Source: Octopus vulgaris (taxonomy: Eukaryota). Taken from it: 64,000 nt of DNA. A program made the position numbers and the translations under genes. The notes beneath the pieces are model-generated. The model was not told where the DNA came from, did not search any database, and worked only from the letters and a program-made list of their open reading frames with translations. The stretch lies in NCBI GenBank assembly GCA_951406725.2, contig OX597815.1, positions 75,392,001-75,456,000 of the forward strand, written 5' to 3'. Shown piece by piece: positions 1-15,193 of this stretch (the stretch's first letter is position 1; each line of letters begins with the position of its first letter).

Positions 1-937
1 AGAAATATATAAGTCATGCACGTGTGCATCTCTGTGCATCTATATACGAGCAAGTGTGTGCATGCGTGTGTGTGTGTGTGCGGCTTTGTGGATGTCTAAA
101 TGTATTTATGCATATGTGCGTGCTTCAGCAGATGAGGATATGTTTATAAACGTTAGTTATATCTGAATATATTTCTTATGTGGATGTATGTTCTACACGT
201 ATATTTTTGCGACTATTTAACTAAGTTACAATATGCTTGTGTTTCAAAATGAGTATGTATAAGTATATACGTTGTTCGTGTGTTTATCAGTTGTTCATGT
301 GTTTATCAGTGTGTTTGTGTGTGCATAAGTGATTAATATATCATCTTAACAAAAAGATGGAAGGTGAATTTAGGCATCATCGGCAACATTTCGACCACCT
401 AGGGCTCTTAGTATCAGTGCTTAAGACCTCCCATAGTCTGAAACAATAGACACTGGCAAGCTTCCATTGTGTAGAGATACAGAGACACAGGGTCAGTGAG
501 AGACAGTGGGGGGAGGGAGAAAGAAATGCAGAACGAAAAAGGGATGAGCAGAGAAAAAAATGAGAAGGTTGGAAAGAGACGATTAATGGGAAACAAGACA
601 GGGCAACGAGTGAATGCAAAGGCGTAGGCTGAGAAAACTTAAGTGAAAGAAGAACTGTTTGATTAAACTAATCGAGCCTCTCGTTCCTACAGCCCCGAAC
701 CCAACCCAGACCAAGTGAAACAAGTCGTACACTTGGTCATCCGTTAAACGTCTATTCCATTCCATTTAAGTTTTCCGGGACGCTGCTCGTAGACATTACA
801 TCGCTGGAACGACGTTTGGTTATGAATTATAGATGTTTGGTTTCGGTCCGATCCCGCGTAATTTGTGGTCCTGGAGAGGTGCAGAGTTAGGCGCGAATGA
901 CAGGAACATAATTCACTTGTTTAACCACCAAATGCAC

Positions 938-984
<47 letters not shown>

Positions 985-1353
985 GTGTGAGCGTGAGTGT
1001 GTGTGTTTACATACACTCATATATATGTATGGTGTATATATATGTATATATATATGTATATATATGTATAAATATGTGTGTGTGTATATATATGTATATA
1101 TATATATATATATACATGAACATACATATAAAACATATATGTATATATGTGTGTATACGTGTCAGCACATGAGTGTACGTATATGTGTGTATACACACGC
1201 GCGCGCGCGCACACACACACACACCTTCATACATAAATAAGCAGATAGTGAGGAAAGGGTTGGGGAAGGAACCAAATAAAATCAACAAAACAGATTGAAT
1301 AAGTTCGCGATCAGAATTTTAATGATGAGTCTCGGAGAAGTGGAAAGAATTAA

Positions 1354-1392
1354 CTATGACGTTTCGATATTATTCCTTCTTCGGGAACATAG
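1354..1392 (-). ncRNA. Degenerate PLE-type hammerhead motif
   Basis: Minus strand CUAUGUUC-CCGAAGA-AGGAAUAAUAUC-GAAACGUC-AUAG. Confidence 0.4.
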
Positions 1393-3330
1393 AGCCAACA
1401 TGGTAAAAAAGGAAGAAAGGATTAGGCAAAATAGCCCACATGTGTTCATTACTTAACATTAGCATTATCAGTAAATATATAAGTTCAACTGACTAATCAT
1501 TCAAGTGCACAATGAATCAATAGGCAATCGGTGCTATGATTATGTTTCTGTGTGAATTAAACAGATGCGATCAATGGACATCAGATATATCAAATATCTA
1601 ACGCAATTTATCTTACACGAAATCTAAACGATTTGATAGTCTTTCACTTAGCCAGCTGCTGTTGAACTAGACACAGTTGTACTGGGGGACACCAACTACA
1701 GTGGTGTCTCTAGTTTCAGTCGTAACCAACGAAGCCGTCCTTTATACATAATATATCTATACATGATATTCAATGCATTTCTCACTTTTTAAGAGAGAAA
1801 TGTTTTTGATGCTTTTATTAAGATATTTTTCTTAAATACATTGCTTTTGTTACAATGAATATCGAAGATAAGGAAAAATTTTGTAAAATAATTCAGTCAT
1901 TATTAATGTGGTGTTTGGAATGTAAATTAATGTGAAAATTTGGTGGAAGATTGTAATTTAGATCACTTCAACACTTTTCTTAGCGTATTTTCTGTTGAGA
2001 TACACTCCCTTTGTAACAATTATTTTTGAAAATAAGGGGGAATTTAGTTAAATAACTTTGTTATTATTAAGCTGAGGTTTAAAACATGAACGAATTTGAA
2101 ATTTTTATGCATGGTTTTAATTTAGTCAACCTTAACAATAGGGAGTTTATGTCATAGAACCAGGATTGTCTTAGTCAAGTTGTTACCAAAAGGATTAAGG
2201 AAGATATGGCTGTTAATTTTAAGGTTTAGGTAACATTTACAGATTTCTTCATTGTCTTATAAATGGTTATGATGATATGTATATGCAAGTGTGTGGTTTT
2301 CATTTTTTATTGAAGGGTAAAGGTAATGGCTGGGAACCTTTACAAGGCTTCCAAGAACTGGTGGGAGGGAAGTAGGAAGTTATCTACAGACTGGGGATTT
2401 GGTCCAAACGCTTGCAACCAAATAGACTCCGCTAAAGGCAACAAGGGTACCAGGTGATATTACTGTTAAACGGGAGACGGACTAAGTCTACTACCCCATG
2501 TAAATATGCGTGGGTCGTAAAATAGATAGTGAGTTCAGTTTAAATAAGTGTGAAATCTCATCTAATGCCACATCCTTGAACAGAACCGTCTATTTAGGCC
2601 TCAAAATAAAAACAAAAACAAAGTCTTTCTGACATTGTTCTTACTAGAGAAGGTAAATGGTAAACTCATTTCCAGCGACCATTGCTTCACTATTTATTTA
2701 TTTATTTTAAACTTTATATTCATTTTCAAAATGTACTTATCACCGAGCAAAGTTTCAAACTTTGCTCTTGTTATGAAGTAGAATACATTCAGTCATAGAC
2801 GGCGATCCACCGTTTTTAATGTGCTAAAACCAAAACGACCGTTAAAGAATCTGACGATAAAATGTCCACAGATTCTATGAGTTAGAGAGATATACGTGCC
2901 ATGTTATATTCAACGTGCGATACGATGAAATTGTATTTTTAATGTGTTACATAATCGGGCGTAATGGAAAATTTATAGAGCACAACATTAAAAGATTATA
3001 GAAAAATGATATAAAATATTTCAGACTAAAACCGACGGACAATGTTGATGCTGTTAAATGGATGTCGGTCTGAAATACACATTTTTCACTGTTTATAGGG
3101 ATATTGGATTGTATCAGTAACTCTATAATTCACAAACTTCAAATGAGTACCAGAGCCGGGACAATAAATATCTGCGAAGCCTTTATGAGAATCAAACGTG
3201 GAATGGTTGTTAAAGAACACACAGTATTTTTACTCTTCATTCCCCACCACCGCCACTCTCTATATCTCTCTAGCTCCCTCCCTCTTATTCTCTCTCCAAA
3301 CACTACCCACTCTGTCTGTCTGTCTCTCTC

Positions 3331-3373
<43 letters not shown>

Positions 3374-3795
3374 CTATCTTTCTCTTCCTCTCGCGTTTTA
3401 CCTTATTTTTGCTTTCGTCTAAGGATTTTTGTTTTCTTTTTTTTTTTGTTTTCCAATTAAAATCATCATCACACGGTCAGTCAAAAAGAGTTTATGTAAA
3501 TCTAACTTTAAATAGACTCTATATGTGTGTGCGTGCGTGTATTATGTATGTATGTATGTATGTATGTATGTATGTATGTATGTATGTATGTATGTATGTA
3601 TGTGTGTATGTATGTATGTATGTGTATGTATATATGTATGTATCTATATATGTATATACATATATACATATATGCATATATACATATATACATATATACA
3701 TATATACATATATACATATATGCATATATATGCATATATATATATATATATATATATATACGTATACATACACACAAACACACACACACACACAG

Positions 3796-3826
<31 letters not shown>

Positions 3827-5232
3827 TCCAATTACAGAGTCATATTCGAATGTACAGGAATTGGTGATTTATCTGTATTTTACCATTAGATTTTTAAAAA
3901 ATTGCGAAATATATGATGGATGGCTTATATTTTTATACATTTTCAAAACTCATTATTATATTGAAATACATAAATATATTTTACAATTAATTTACTTTTT
4001 ATTTGTGCAACTTTAAATGCGTCATTTTTTATAACAGGAACTGGGATTGTAAATGGCAACGCTACAAAATAGTTTACTGTTCTGTTTTAACTTTATATTT
4101 CATTTGGTTACGTAAAATATTAACATTAATGCTAATTCGTCCAAACTATAAAATTAGGTTTTGAAATGTGGGATTATGTATTCATAGCCATTAAATTTGG
4201 GGCAGCATTTTTAGACGTTTATATTATTTTGTTTTTTCAAAAAAATCAGTATTCCATAAGGTGTACAACTTGATATAGGGCAGACGACGCACTATATCAC
4301 ACGACCAAATGGAAAGCAGACGACATGTATAGGTATGCATATATATACTTATGCATATAGATATGCACACGTAGATACATAAATACATACATGCATGCAT
4401 GCATGCATGCATACATACATACATACATACATACATACATACTTACACGATGGCTGCCGTTGCTTGATTTTTCTCTTAAATATGCACATCGTGGGTGTAG
4501 CTTTTCTCAATTGCTGGAGATTTACACTCTTATCTACAAATGTAGAAATCATGGACGCCTCTTGCAGTAGGTGTTACGATACTGGTTTGCTGAATCTCCA
4601 ACATATATGCATACACGAACACATATATGCATATACGTGTGTATGGATATATGCGTATGTGTGTGTCTGTATCTGGGTATGTTTGTGTCTGTGCGTTTTC
4701 GTGTGTGGAGATATGTGTACATATATGGCTTTTTATCTACTGATTTTTACTAGTTTCAGTCATTGGAGCCAGTACTAATTTATTTTTGGTACTTACTTTA
4801 TCCGTCTCTATTTATAGAACCACTATGGTAAGGAATAGAAAAAGACACAACATAAACTGAATACCGCTTTTAAACAAAGTAACATAAACAGACAAGGACT
4901 AGGACACATACATACATACATACATACATACATACATACATACATACATACAAACACAAACACTCACATACATACATACATACATACATACATACATACA
5001 TACATACATACATACAAACATACATACATACATACATACATACATACATACATACGTACATACATACATACATACATACATACGTACATACATACATACA
5101 TACATACATATATCGACTCAAGGAAGATTGGTGGAGCATTTTCATCAAAGCTTCTACCAGGGGCAAACATAACAAGTCAGACATTATTGTTTGAGACAGA
5201 CAAGAATAAATGTATCGTCATAGACGTCTGCT

Positions 5233-5955
5233 GTGGAGGCGCGTGGCTTAGTGGTTAGGGTATCAGCATCATGATCGTAAGACATACAGCATCTCGAAAG
5301 AGTCCAGAAGCTGGCTACCCGCATGGTTCTTGGTCTCAAGCATTTGTCTTATGAAGAAAGGCTGAAGACGCTCGACCTTTATTCTCTAGAAAAACGACAA
5401 TGCCGTGGTGATCTCATTCTTGCTCACAGCATCATAAGCGGAAAGTGTAACCTCTCGAAAGAGCTGTTTTTCACTCCTGCTCCAGAGCGTCGGATCACTC
5501 CGAAAAGCTCTATCTGCGACGATTTCATCTCAATCGAAGGAGAGGGCCTTTCTCCGTCCGGGTTGCGGATCCGTGGAATAAGCTGCCGGACGAGATAGTG
5601 AAGATGCCGACGACCGCTCGGTTCAAAGTCTCCCTTGACCACAAGTGGCCTGAACTCTTTACATGAACACCACCCTGTACATAACTCCATGTCCCCGTAC
5701 ATGGCCTTGCTTTTTGCTTTTTGAGCCAAAAAATTAACTAACTAACTAAGATTGTGGTTTCGATTCCTGGACCGGGCGATGCGTTGTGTTCTTGAGCAAA
5801 ACACTTCATTTCACGTTGCTCCAGTCCACTCAGCTAGCAAAAATGAGTAACGCTGCGATGGACTGGCGTGCCATCCAGCTTGGGAACACATACGCCATGG
5901 AAACCGGGAAACTGGGCCCATGAGCCTGGCTAGGCTTTAAAGGGGGGCATTTATT
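5233..5955 (+). mobile_element. tRNA-derived SINE with 15-bp TSD, split by a CR1 fragment
   Basis: A box TGGCTTAGTGG and B box GGTTTCGATTCC. TSD TCATAGACGTC(T/A)GCT at 5218-5232 and 5956-5970. Confidence 0.85.
5283..5746 (+). mobile_element. CR1-clade LINE 3' fragment with (TAAC)n tail
   Basis: LERVQKLATRMV.GLKHLSYEERLKTLDLYSLEKR..RGDLI is a CR1 ORF2 C-terminal signature. TAAGA is duplicated on both sides. Confidence 0.9.
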
Positions 5956-6597
5956 TCATAGACGTCAGCTACACATTTCATGTGAATATCTCTTCAAAAA
6001 TAAAATGGAAAGAGGATAACTACGGACAACTTCTTGGAAACCACCAGTTTCTATATCTAGATTATAAATTCAATTTTATACCATTAATAATTGGTGTGCT
6101 TCATTTTGTTTTGTAAGTAAATGCCTAAGTGGAAAAAGTAGGGTTTTCAGAAAAAGAAAAAATAACTAGCAAATATGCACATTACAAATGTAGTCTTTAA
6201 GCGGAACAGTAAAAATATGCAAGACTTTACTTAAGCTTAAAACAGGGATTTGTTTTTTTTTTTAACTACTTTCCAACGACAGAGGTTTGCAAGTTCGTTA
6301 GATATCGCCTCCTTCGTTACAAGAAGACTCCAAATAATTGAAAACAGATGAGAACGCATCTATCCACCCACCCATCCACCCATCTATCCAGCCTTACATA
6401 CATACATACATACATGCATACATACATACATACATACATACATACATACATACATACATGTAGAGAGAGAGAGAGGAGAATTTTATTTAAGCCTTTTCCG
6501 AGTTGCTGCTCGATATTTCACTGTTGTGGCATTCTGCTTCTTATCTTCATTTATGTTTATCCTATCCGTTCTACCATACCAAATCTCTCTCTTTCCT

Positions 6598-6690
<93 letters not shown>

Positions 6691-7271
6691 TCCCGTTTCC
6701 CGTTAAACTTCGGAGAACTTCATTTTACCGAATGCTTTGCTTCTGATATTTGTATGACAGTTACGACGCTGTTGCAACCTGCTTCGGTTTCAAGGACCTG
6801 ACACCGAGGCTATACACCTTGCCATTGACAGCAACTCCCATGAGACTGCATATCGTCGAGGTGCACGACTTCACATGCACGCACACACGAACATATATGC
6901 ATATATATATACACATGAATACTTACACACAGATAAATATAAATAAACATATATATATATGCATGTATATAGACACATACACACATATATGTATATATAT
7001 ATATATATGTATATGTGTGTGTGTGTGTGTGTGTGTATTGATACATATACAGGCATGAGTACATATATATAGGTATGCATATATATGTGTATGTGTATAT
7101 ATGTGGGTGTGTGTGACTGTCTCTACACAAAGATAGGCATATTTATTGTATTACATAGTACAACAATTACATAAACATATATATTAATAGATATGCATGT
7201 ATATATATTTATATACGCATATTTATGTGTTTATATATGTGTATTTGTATATACACACATATATATGTATG

Positions 7272-7325
<54 letters not shown>

Positions 7326-7386
7326 CATATATATATACACACACATATAATATATACACACACACATATATATGTATATATATATG

Positions 7387-7430
<44 letters not shown>

Positions 7431-7481
7431 CTATTAAGATGTAATGTTACATATATATCTGTGTGTGTATGTTATAAACAA

Positions 7482-7555
<74 letters not shown>

Positions 7556-7743
7556 CATATCGACATAAGGTCTTCCAGCTCATCCTACTCAGAAGGGAAT
7601 GAGGGAAGAGAGAGAGAGAGAGAGAGAGAGAACTTCTGTCTATATGAGCGAATATTGAGTGAATGTGTATGTGTGCGCGTGTCTATAACTGGAAGAATAA
7701 AAAAATCAACTTGAGACAGAGAAAGCGAAAGCATGGAGAGAGG

Positions 7744-7781
<38 letters not shown>

Positions 7782-8430
7782 AAGAAAGAGAGGGAGAGCA
7801 AGGGAGTGATGAACACGCATACATCATATTTGATTCCTAGTTGCTTCTGTTGCAGAGCCATTGATATCTTGTGTCCAAAGTGTCTTCTCATTTGAGGTCA
7901 CCTGGTTCGAAGTACTTCTCATAATATTCTCTGCTAGCTCAGCAGTTCTGGTCTCTTGGTAACTGCCAGGAATGTTGTATGGCCATTCTGGCCTTCTGAG
8001 ACCGATGACCTTTACTCATCTAGAACCGAACTGACGAGAGGAATCTTCAAGCCGATAATAGAATGTGAAACAGAAGACATATGCCAATGTTCTTGCTCAC
8101 AGGAGCTACACACTCACGCACAGATACATTCACACACATATATAGGCATTTATATATGTATGTATGTCTGCATGTATGTATGTATGTATATATATATATA
8201 TATTTTATGTGTGTGTGTGTTTCTGTGTGTTTGTGTGTGTGTGTGTGTGTCTACATCTATGTATGCATGTGTATGTGTGTGTATGCTTCTATACACACGT
8301 GCTCATACAGATGTGTATGTATTTATTGCAATGCTGATCTGCACTTAAGTATAAATGTCTATACTCCGTATACATGAAAACTTCTATAAATATAATGTGT
8401 GCATATATATACATGTTTATACATATACAT

Positions 8431-8559
<129 letters not shown>

Positions 8560-9150
8560 CACACGTCTTCAAAAGAGACACCATCATTTTTTGAAAGATT
8601 TATTTCTGGAAGCAAAATAATGTCATCTAACGTATTTTAAATACTTAATCTAACATTTAGTAGATGTACTTTGTGTTTAATACATTAACAATTACGTTCG
8701 AAGCACCAGATAATGTTAGCACAAATAAAACGGTTAATTAAGGGGTGTCTATTTAATTTTGAGATGTGTGTATTCGTGTGTGTGTGTGTGTGTTTGCGTG
8801 TACGAATGTATGTAGTCCAACGGGATGCATGCGCATGTGGTAATTGTTTAATTGTTTATGAGTATGTGTGTGAGTGTGTGTGTATGTGTGCGTATATGTG
8901 TGTGTGTGTGTGCGCGCGTGCGTGTTTGTGTGTGTGCGTGCGTGTGTTTGTGCACGTGCGTTTATTATATATATAAAAGTATCAGTCTACTCAAGTTTTA
9001 CTATGCAGTTGATCACGTCTCTCATGTTTACTGAAATAACATATCTTCCCACTCTGTCCCAAGAACTCAGTTCTATATCAGATAATATTTGCACTATGTG
9101 TAATATGTACGTGTATATATTTTAGCTAGTGATTCTTACGTAATGATATA

Positions 9151-9770
9151 TGCATGTGGCTGTGTGGAAAGAAGCTTGCTTCCCAACCATACGGTTCCGA
9201 GTTCAGTCTCACTGCATTGCACCATGGGCAGGTGTCTTCTACTGTAACCTCGGGCAGACCCCGTGAGTGGATTTGATAGACGGAAGCCCGTCGTAAGTGT
9301 GTGTGTGTGTGTGTGTGTATTTGTCCCAACAACCATCAATTGATATCCGATGATGGTGTGTTTATGTGCTCGTAACTTTGCGGTTCAGCAAAAGAGACAA
9401 TATAATAAATACTAAACTTACAAGCGATAAGTCCTGGGGTCAATTTATTCGACAAAAGGCGGTGCTCCAGCATGGCCGCATTCAAATGACTAAAACAAAT
9501 AAAAGAATAAAAGAATATATATGCGTGTGTACATATATATGTGTGTGCGTGTGTATAGGCGCAGGAGTGGCTATGTGGTAAGTAGCTTGCTTATCAACCA
9601 CATGGTTCCGAGTTCAGTCCCACTGCGTTACACCTTGGGCAATTGTCTCGGGCCGATCAAAGCCTTGTAAGTGGATTTGGTAGACGGAAACTGAAAGAAG
9701 CCTGTCGCATATATATATATCTGTGTGTGTATATATGTTTGTGTGTCTGTGTTTGTCACCTAACATCCCT
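9151..9770 (+). mobile_element. Two tandem tRNA-derived SINEs (9151-9512 and 9557-9770)
   Basis: Shared head GTGGCTGTGTGGTAAG..GCTTGCTT..CAACCA.ATGGTTCCG.GTTCAGTC.CACTGC, an internal (TG)n, and tail AAAGAATAAAAG. Confidence 0.85.
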
Positions 9771-10379
9771 TGTGCACACACACACATACACACGCATACA
9801 TATTCTTTTATGATTTTATTATTATACTTTTTTCAGTTATTAAACTGCAGTCACACGAGCATATTCTAGAGTTTAGTTAAATCAAACCTTCTCCAACGTG
9901 TTTAATAAAGAATACTTGATTGGCCAAAATAGTTTAAAGTTTAATGTTTTAATAACTCTTAAAGAATTCTAGACGTTCGATCGTAACTGGAAGGTACCAG
10001 TCCTACTATAAATCTAAAATAATTTTGATTTGAGATGATAATTGTCCTACATTTTCAGTGAAAAATAGGGATGTAATATGTAATAAAACAAAAGTAAAAT
10101 GCATATAAAATAATTTACGTTAACATGTATGTTCACATATTTTCAAATATTTAATGTTTTATATTAAATTTTTTTTCCATAGTTAACGTAAATAAGGCTG
10201 GAAATGTTTCTATGTTTTGAATTAACTTGGTGAAATATAGTTCGAAGTAGACAAAATCAGTTTCGCTATGAAGCTTAAGAAAGCAGCAGTTATATTTATT
10301 TGGAGACTGGACTGTTCTCTTAATTTCTCGATGTACTTTCGAACTGGTGAAAGATTTCACATACTGCCATATGATAAAG

Positions 10380-10441
<62 letters not shown>

Positions 10442-11020
10442 CGTCTGCACATGTGTGTGTGTGTATAGACTGTTTGAAGTGATGTACAGATATTGTGTAT
10501 TAAAAAAGAGACAGTCAGAATTTTGAATAATTGTTTATTAGCGCTTTTGTTCGTTCAAGAAGACTCTTCAGGTAAGTTTTAAAGAAAATTTCTTTTATTT
10601 TTCATACAAATGTTTTTGTCTTGTTTTGTCTTGAAGAGGAGAAAGAGAAAAGAGGAAAGAAGGAAGGAAGGAAGGAAGGAAGGAAAGGAAGGAAGGAAGG
10701 AAGGAAGGAAAGAAGGAAGGAAGGAAGAGGGAAAGAGACAGAGGAAGACAGAGAAGACAGAAAAATTAATATGTATATTTGCTTTTATGTTCAGCTATAA
10801 TAAAAACAATTTTACATTTATCTGATGGGTTACTTCAATGTTTAGTAGAGTACAAATTTATTATTCTTATACAAAATGCTGACTGTGAATTCGTTGAATT
10901 CGAAGTTTCGGACAGTCTGTCGATGGTTTAGCTGACCGAAACTTGGAAGTCACTGTCAACAGCCCTCTTGTATGAGAGTGCAGTTAGTGATAAATTAATT
11001 CATGTTATATATATATATAT

Positions 11021-11140
<120 letters not shown>

Positions 11141-11181
11141 ACTTACTTGGAAATGGGTGCGTGGCGTTCAATCATAATAAT

Positions 11182-11241
<60 letters not shown>

Positions 11242-11356
11242 CATACATACATACATACATACATACATACATACATACATACATACATACATAGATGCAT
11301 ACATATATACGTATATATGTATATCTATATATGCATGCAGACTGCTTCAGAATCAA

Positions 11357-11650
11357 TTATTACCTCCGCCTTAGCAAAAGTGGAAGAAGTGTTTTCAGTC
11401 GCGTTTACTTGTTTGTTTGTCCGTGAAGATATCTCAGGAACCGCTGGATGAATTCGGATGAAACTTTCAGGGATGTCTGGCCTCGTGACTGGCACGAACT
11501 GATTAGATTTAGAGATCTATCCGGTACCGGACAAGGATTCTGGATAATTTTTCTTGTTTTTTTTTTTTTTTTACTTATACTGTTGATATCTTCCATGTCT
11601 ATCTGCTGTACAAGTGGATTGAAAATTAGGGAGGATATTACTCCCCGTTA
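11357..11650 (+). mobile_element. Helentron-associated (HINE/DINE-like) non-autonomous element fragment
   Basis: TTATTACCTCCGCC start with a degenerate inverted partner, a TGTT/TGTC microsatellite, then a GATATCTC...GATGAAACTTT core. Confidence 0.55.
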
Positions 11651-11683
11651 TATGTGCATATACATGTGTGTGTGTGTGTGTGT

Positions 11684-11722
<39 letters not shown>

Positions 11723-13505
11723 ATAGTCTTTATATCCAACTTAAGATGGATGTTTCGTCCGCTACGGTCTGTGTGTGCATTTTTATGCACCAAGCGCCTA
11801 TATGAGAAGTTCTCTCAAGGCTAATAACGCAGCATTCGATGTTCTAACAAGGCATTCACGTTAAGTTGGATTGCTTCCATTTTCAATAATTAATGTGTGT
11901 GTGTGTGTGTGTTTGTGTGTGCGCGCGCGTTCTTAAAATAGACATATCAGTTTACTATATCTTATATAAATTGCTGTAAAAACATGCTGACATTCTGCAG
12001 TTTGTCCAAGAATGTTAATTTGCTCAAGATTGTTGCTCCAAACTATCTAAAATGTGGAAAAATGCACAATTCTTTCAAAATTATGTACTTATTTAATAAT
12101 TTCTTGACATTAGTTAGTTTTTCTTGTTAAGTACAATTTTCGAATATCTATGACTGCGCTTGATGGTGTACAGGATTCTCATAATTTTTATCAGGAACCA
12201 AAAAGAACAAAATTCAGAAAAGTCACATAACGCCTAACCTCCTTTTTTTGTAACAATGTACCTTTTTGTAAGATCTAGTCTGCCAAGGAATATAATTGTG
12301 GCCAACAGCTTGGACTATAAACATACACGTGCATACGCAAAAACATTTCAGTACTATAGAGACATATTTATGCAAACGTATAGGTGCTTACACCTACATA
12401 TATACACACATACTAACTCAACCACATTTTTACAAAACCCGGGAACGATCTTACCTTAAGAGCTTTGTCACTTGATTAGTGAACTCTATGAACTTGAATA
12501 TATCTCAAAGAAAAATATATATTCATGCATACACATATACATACGTACATACGTACATAGAGGAATGGTGATATAGGTACATTCATCTTTATCCTTATCA
12601 CATTCAAAAGATAATACATGCAGCAAGTAGTCTACAATCTAAGTTCTTGCTGTTGGTGATAAATTAAGTAATGTCATATGCTCTTCCCTACTCCTGTTTT
12701 ACTGCGACCATAAAATTAGCCATATCTACATAAAACAATATGCCTTAGAAGATGCTAGCATTTCTATAGAGACGAGGTGATAACCAGAAAGAGGAAGGCT
12801 TGGGTTGACTTAACATATGGTTATTAACTAAAGTGGGCCTAAAATGGAAAACAAAGGGGGTCGCAATGAAATCTAAGTATGGGAATTAAAATTACGGGGG
12901 AAATGTGCATCCGAACTTAGAAATATTTATATATTAATATATTAAAATTTAGAAAAGGATTTAAGGACCAAGTAAAAGAATAAGGATAGATAAAACAATC
13001 TAAGCCATAAAGTGGGGTACTTTTATATAAACTAGAAATCTCATAGTGCTTCTACCTAGCATAATGTTAAGGTGGTCATGATAAAACTATTCAACAATGA
13101 ACCCATACTTAAATTCATCTTTGTAGGGGTACACATTTTCTATTGAATCAAAACCAAAGATTAAAGGCTAAAAAGATAAGAAAAGCATTTCTATAACAGG
13201 TAAACTTATTTAAAAACCTTGGAAAAATATATTTATATAAAAATTACCAACACTGTAAAAAAATCGGGCTCAGAAGTTACAACCTGAGTTATTATCTATA
13301 ATCGTAAAAAATTAAAGGAAATTCATCTTCAATGTTTTCTTCAAACAATACACTTCTATAGAGATTAGGATTTAAATTCCAATCTATGAAAAGTTTCCAT
13401 TCTACGATATTTTTAAAGGAACGAAAAATTATCCAGCATCTCTTGTCAAGAGTACAGGTGACAGTCAGATCGCTGATGTTTGTTGTCGTTATTTGACTCC
13501 TGTTA

Positions 13506-13617
<112 letters not shown>

Positions 13618-14452
13618 AAAGATCAGTTGTGTTTTGCAGGGTTACTTTATTTTTACCCTTAACTTAGAAATGGAGAAAGACATAGTGTTAGATATTAAAA
13701 GAAACCATCTGGGGTTAGAAATAAAGCGGGAAAACGTGAAATTCTTCGAGCCCGAGTGACGCTGATGATCTGGAATCGCCTCTGCTATATTTGTATATAT
13801 ATATGAAATTAAATAAAATATAAATAAAATTAAATATAAATACCACGTTGTATTATATTGCATCATGATTACAATAGAGAGAAGTTGCAAACCGTTTCAC
13901 AATCCATAGAAATTACACCAGTATATATGAGGGTATATAGATATACAACATACAATAATGTAATATAAGATAAAGGAATAAATAGAATAAAATAAGAATG
14001 ACTAAAAGGAAAAAAATATTTGTATAAAATTTCAATAAAGGATTTATAAAATGAAAAGATAGAAATAAAGATAATTTTTTTTCATTTTGAATACCATAAA
14101 AACATACTGGATATAAAAAGAGTTAAAAGATAAACAAAATAAGGATAAGTCATGGTATTCATAACAAAAGCTAATTAAACGATAAATAAAATAAGATAAA
14201 GATAACATTGGAAATGGTATTACAAAATATTTGTAAGATATATTATTACAGGCACAGATGTGTGTAGAATCATAACAGTTCTTAGGGGGTATATAATATA
14301 CTCAAGGGAGGTATAAGATCTGGTAATCAATTGTAACTATACCTAATATGACTGATAGGAAAGAAAGTCTAAGTATAGGATGAATGCAGATTAAACAGGT
14401 AGGGGTTATAAGAAGGCAATATAACGTATAATTCCATACAATAGAGGGTATG

Positions 14453-14989
14453 TTATGAAAGATATGATACCCCAAATAATTCCTGCAACCAAATCATAGT
14501 ATAATATCTATAATATTTGCTTCTAAAATATTTGAAAGTACAGGTAATCCTATGCACACAAGATACCCTAAAGTTTAATCTATTATTAATTAGGTTATTC
14601 TTATCTGTATACTTTAAAATTTTGTAAATTTCTATACAACATAGTTCGCATCCATATCGGCTATCTTTGTATGGCTGAGATCCTCCTATTATATCCCATT
14701 TGAGGCTAAATTTACTATTGCTATCCCGGATTTTACAAGATAATGATGCACCGTTAGCTTTATGTTTAAATCTAAAAGATGAAAGATGGTTAAGGCGTTT
14801 CTTCGTATTTATCGAGCATCCGATGTAAATAAAGTTACTAGTTTCAGTCATTACTGTACATATGTAAACAACATTTTGGGCTAAACATCGATCTAATAGC
14901 GGGCATTATGATTACTATTTTATTCCGGTGGAATACCCCCAATAGCGGGCATTAGGATCTTACCCTACAATTGCAGCTGGGGATATTGC

Positions 14990-15082
<93 letters not shown>

Positions 15083-15131
15083 CAGTAGTTCTATCATTTA
15101 TAGTATCACTCAAATTCATTGTAGTATTATA

Positions 15132-15132
<1 letters not shown>
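14453..15132 (-). mobile_element. Naiad-like Penelope element remnant (GIY-YIG endonuclease region)
   Basis: YNTTMNL...CNCR..*CPLLDRCLAQNVVY..FIYIG..R..H...CELC..E..I....NNLIN.R....CVH matches the GIY-YIG with Cys/His pattern of Naiad PLEs. The AT-rich sequence down to ~13760 is probably its 3' region. Confidence 0.8.
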
Positions 15133-15182
<50 letters not shown>

Positions 15183-15193
15183 GCATATATATA

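Larger units (their letters stand above)
5122..6240 (+). mobile_element. Dong/R4-like RLE 3' fragment, interrupted by a SINE
   Basis: WWSIFI..KHNKSDIIV..KCIVIDV before the SINE and IDVS...KEDNYGQLL...FIPLIIGV after it. Confidence 0.65.

Noticed and set aside
5233-5770. tRNA gene
   Set aside because: The A/B boxes belong to SINE heads and no complete cloverleaf forms. The same applies at 31841.
6770-6875. Kelch-like peptide MGVAVNGKVYSLG on the minus strand
   Set aside because: It is short, lacks the GG motif, has no clear splice sites and has no neighbouring repeats.
12700-13490. Possible further PLE RT remnant
   Set aside because: It is AT-rich and TE-like, but I could not read any convincing motif.
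14940-14975. Possible selenocysteine recoding, as reported for some Naiad PLEs
   Set aside because: The in-frame stop near the Cys motif is TAA at a non-Cys position, not TGA. I saw no SECIS-like element.
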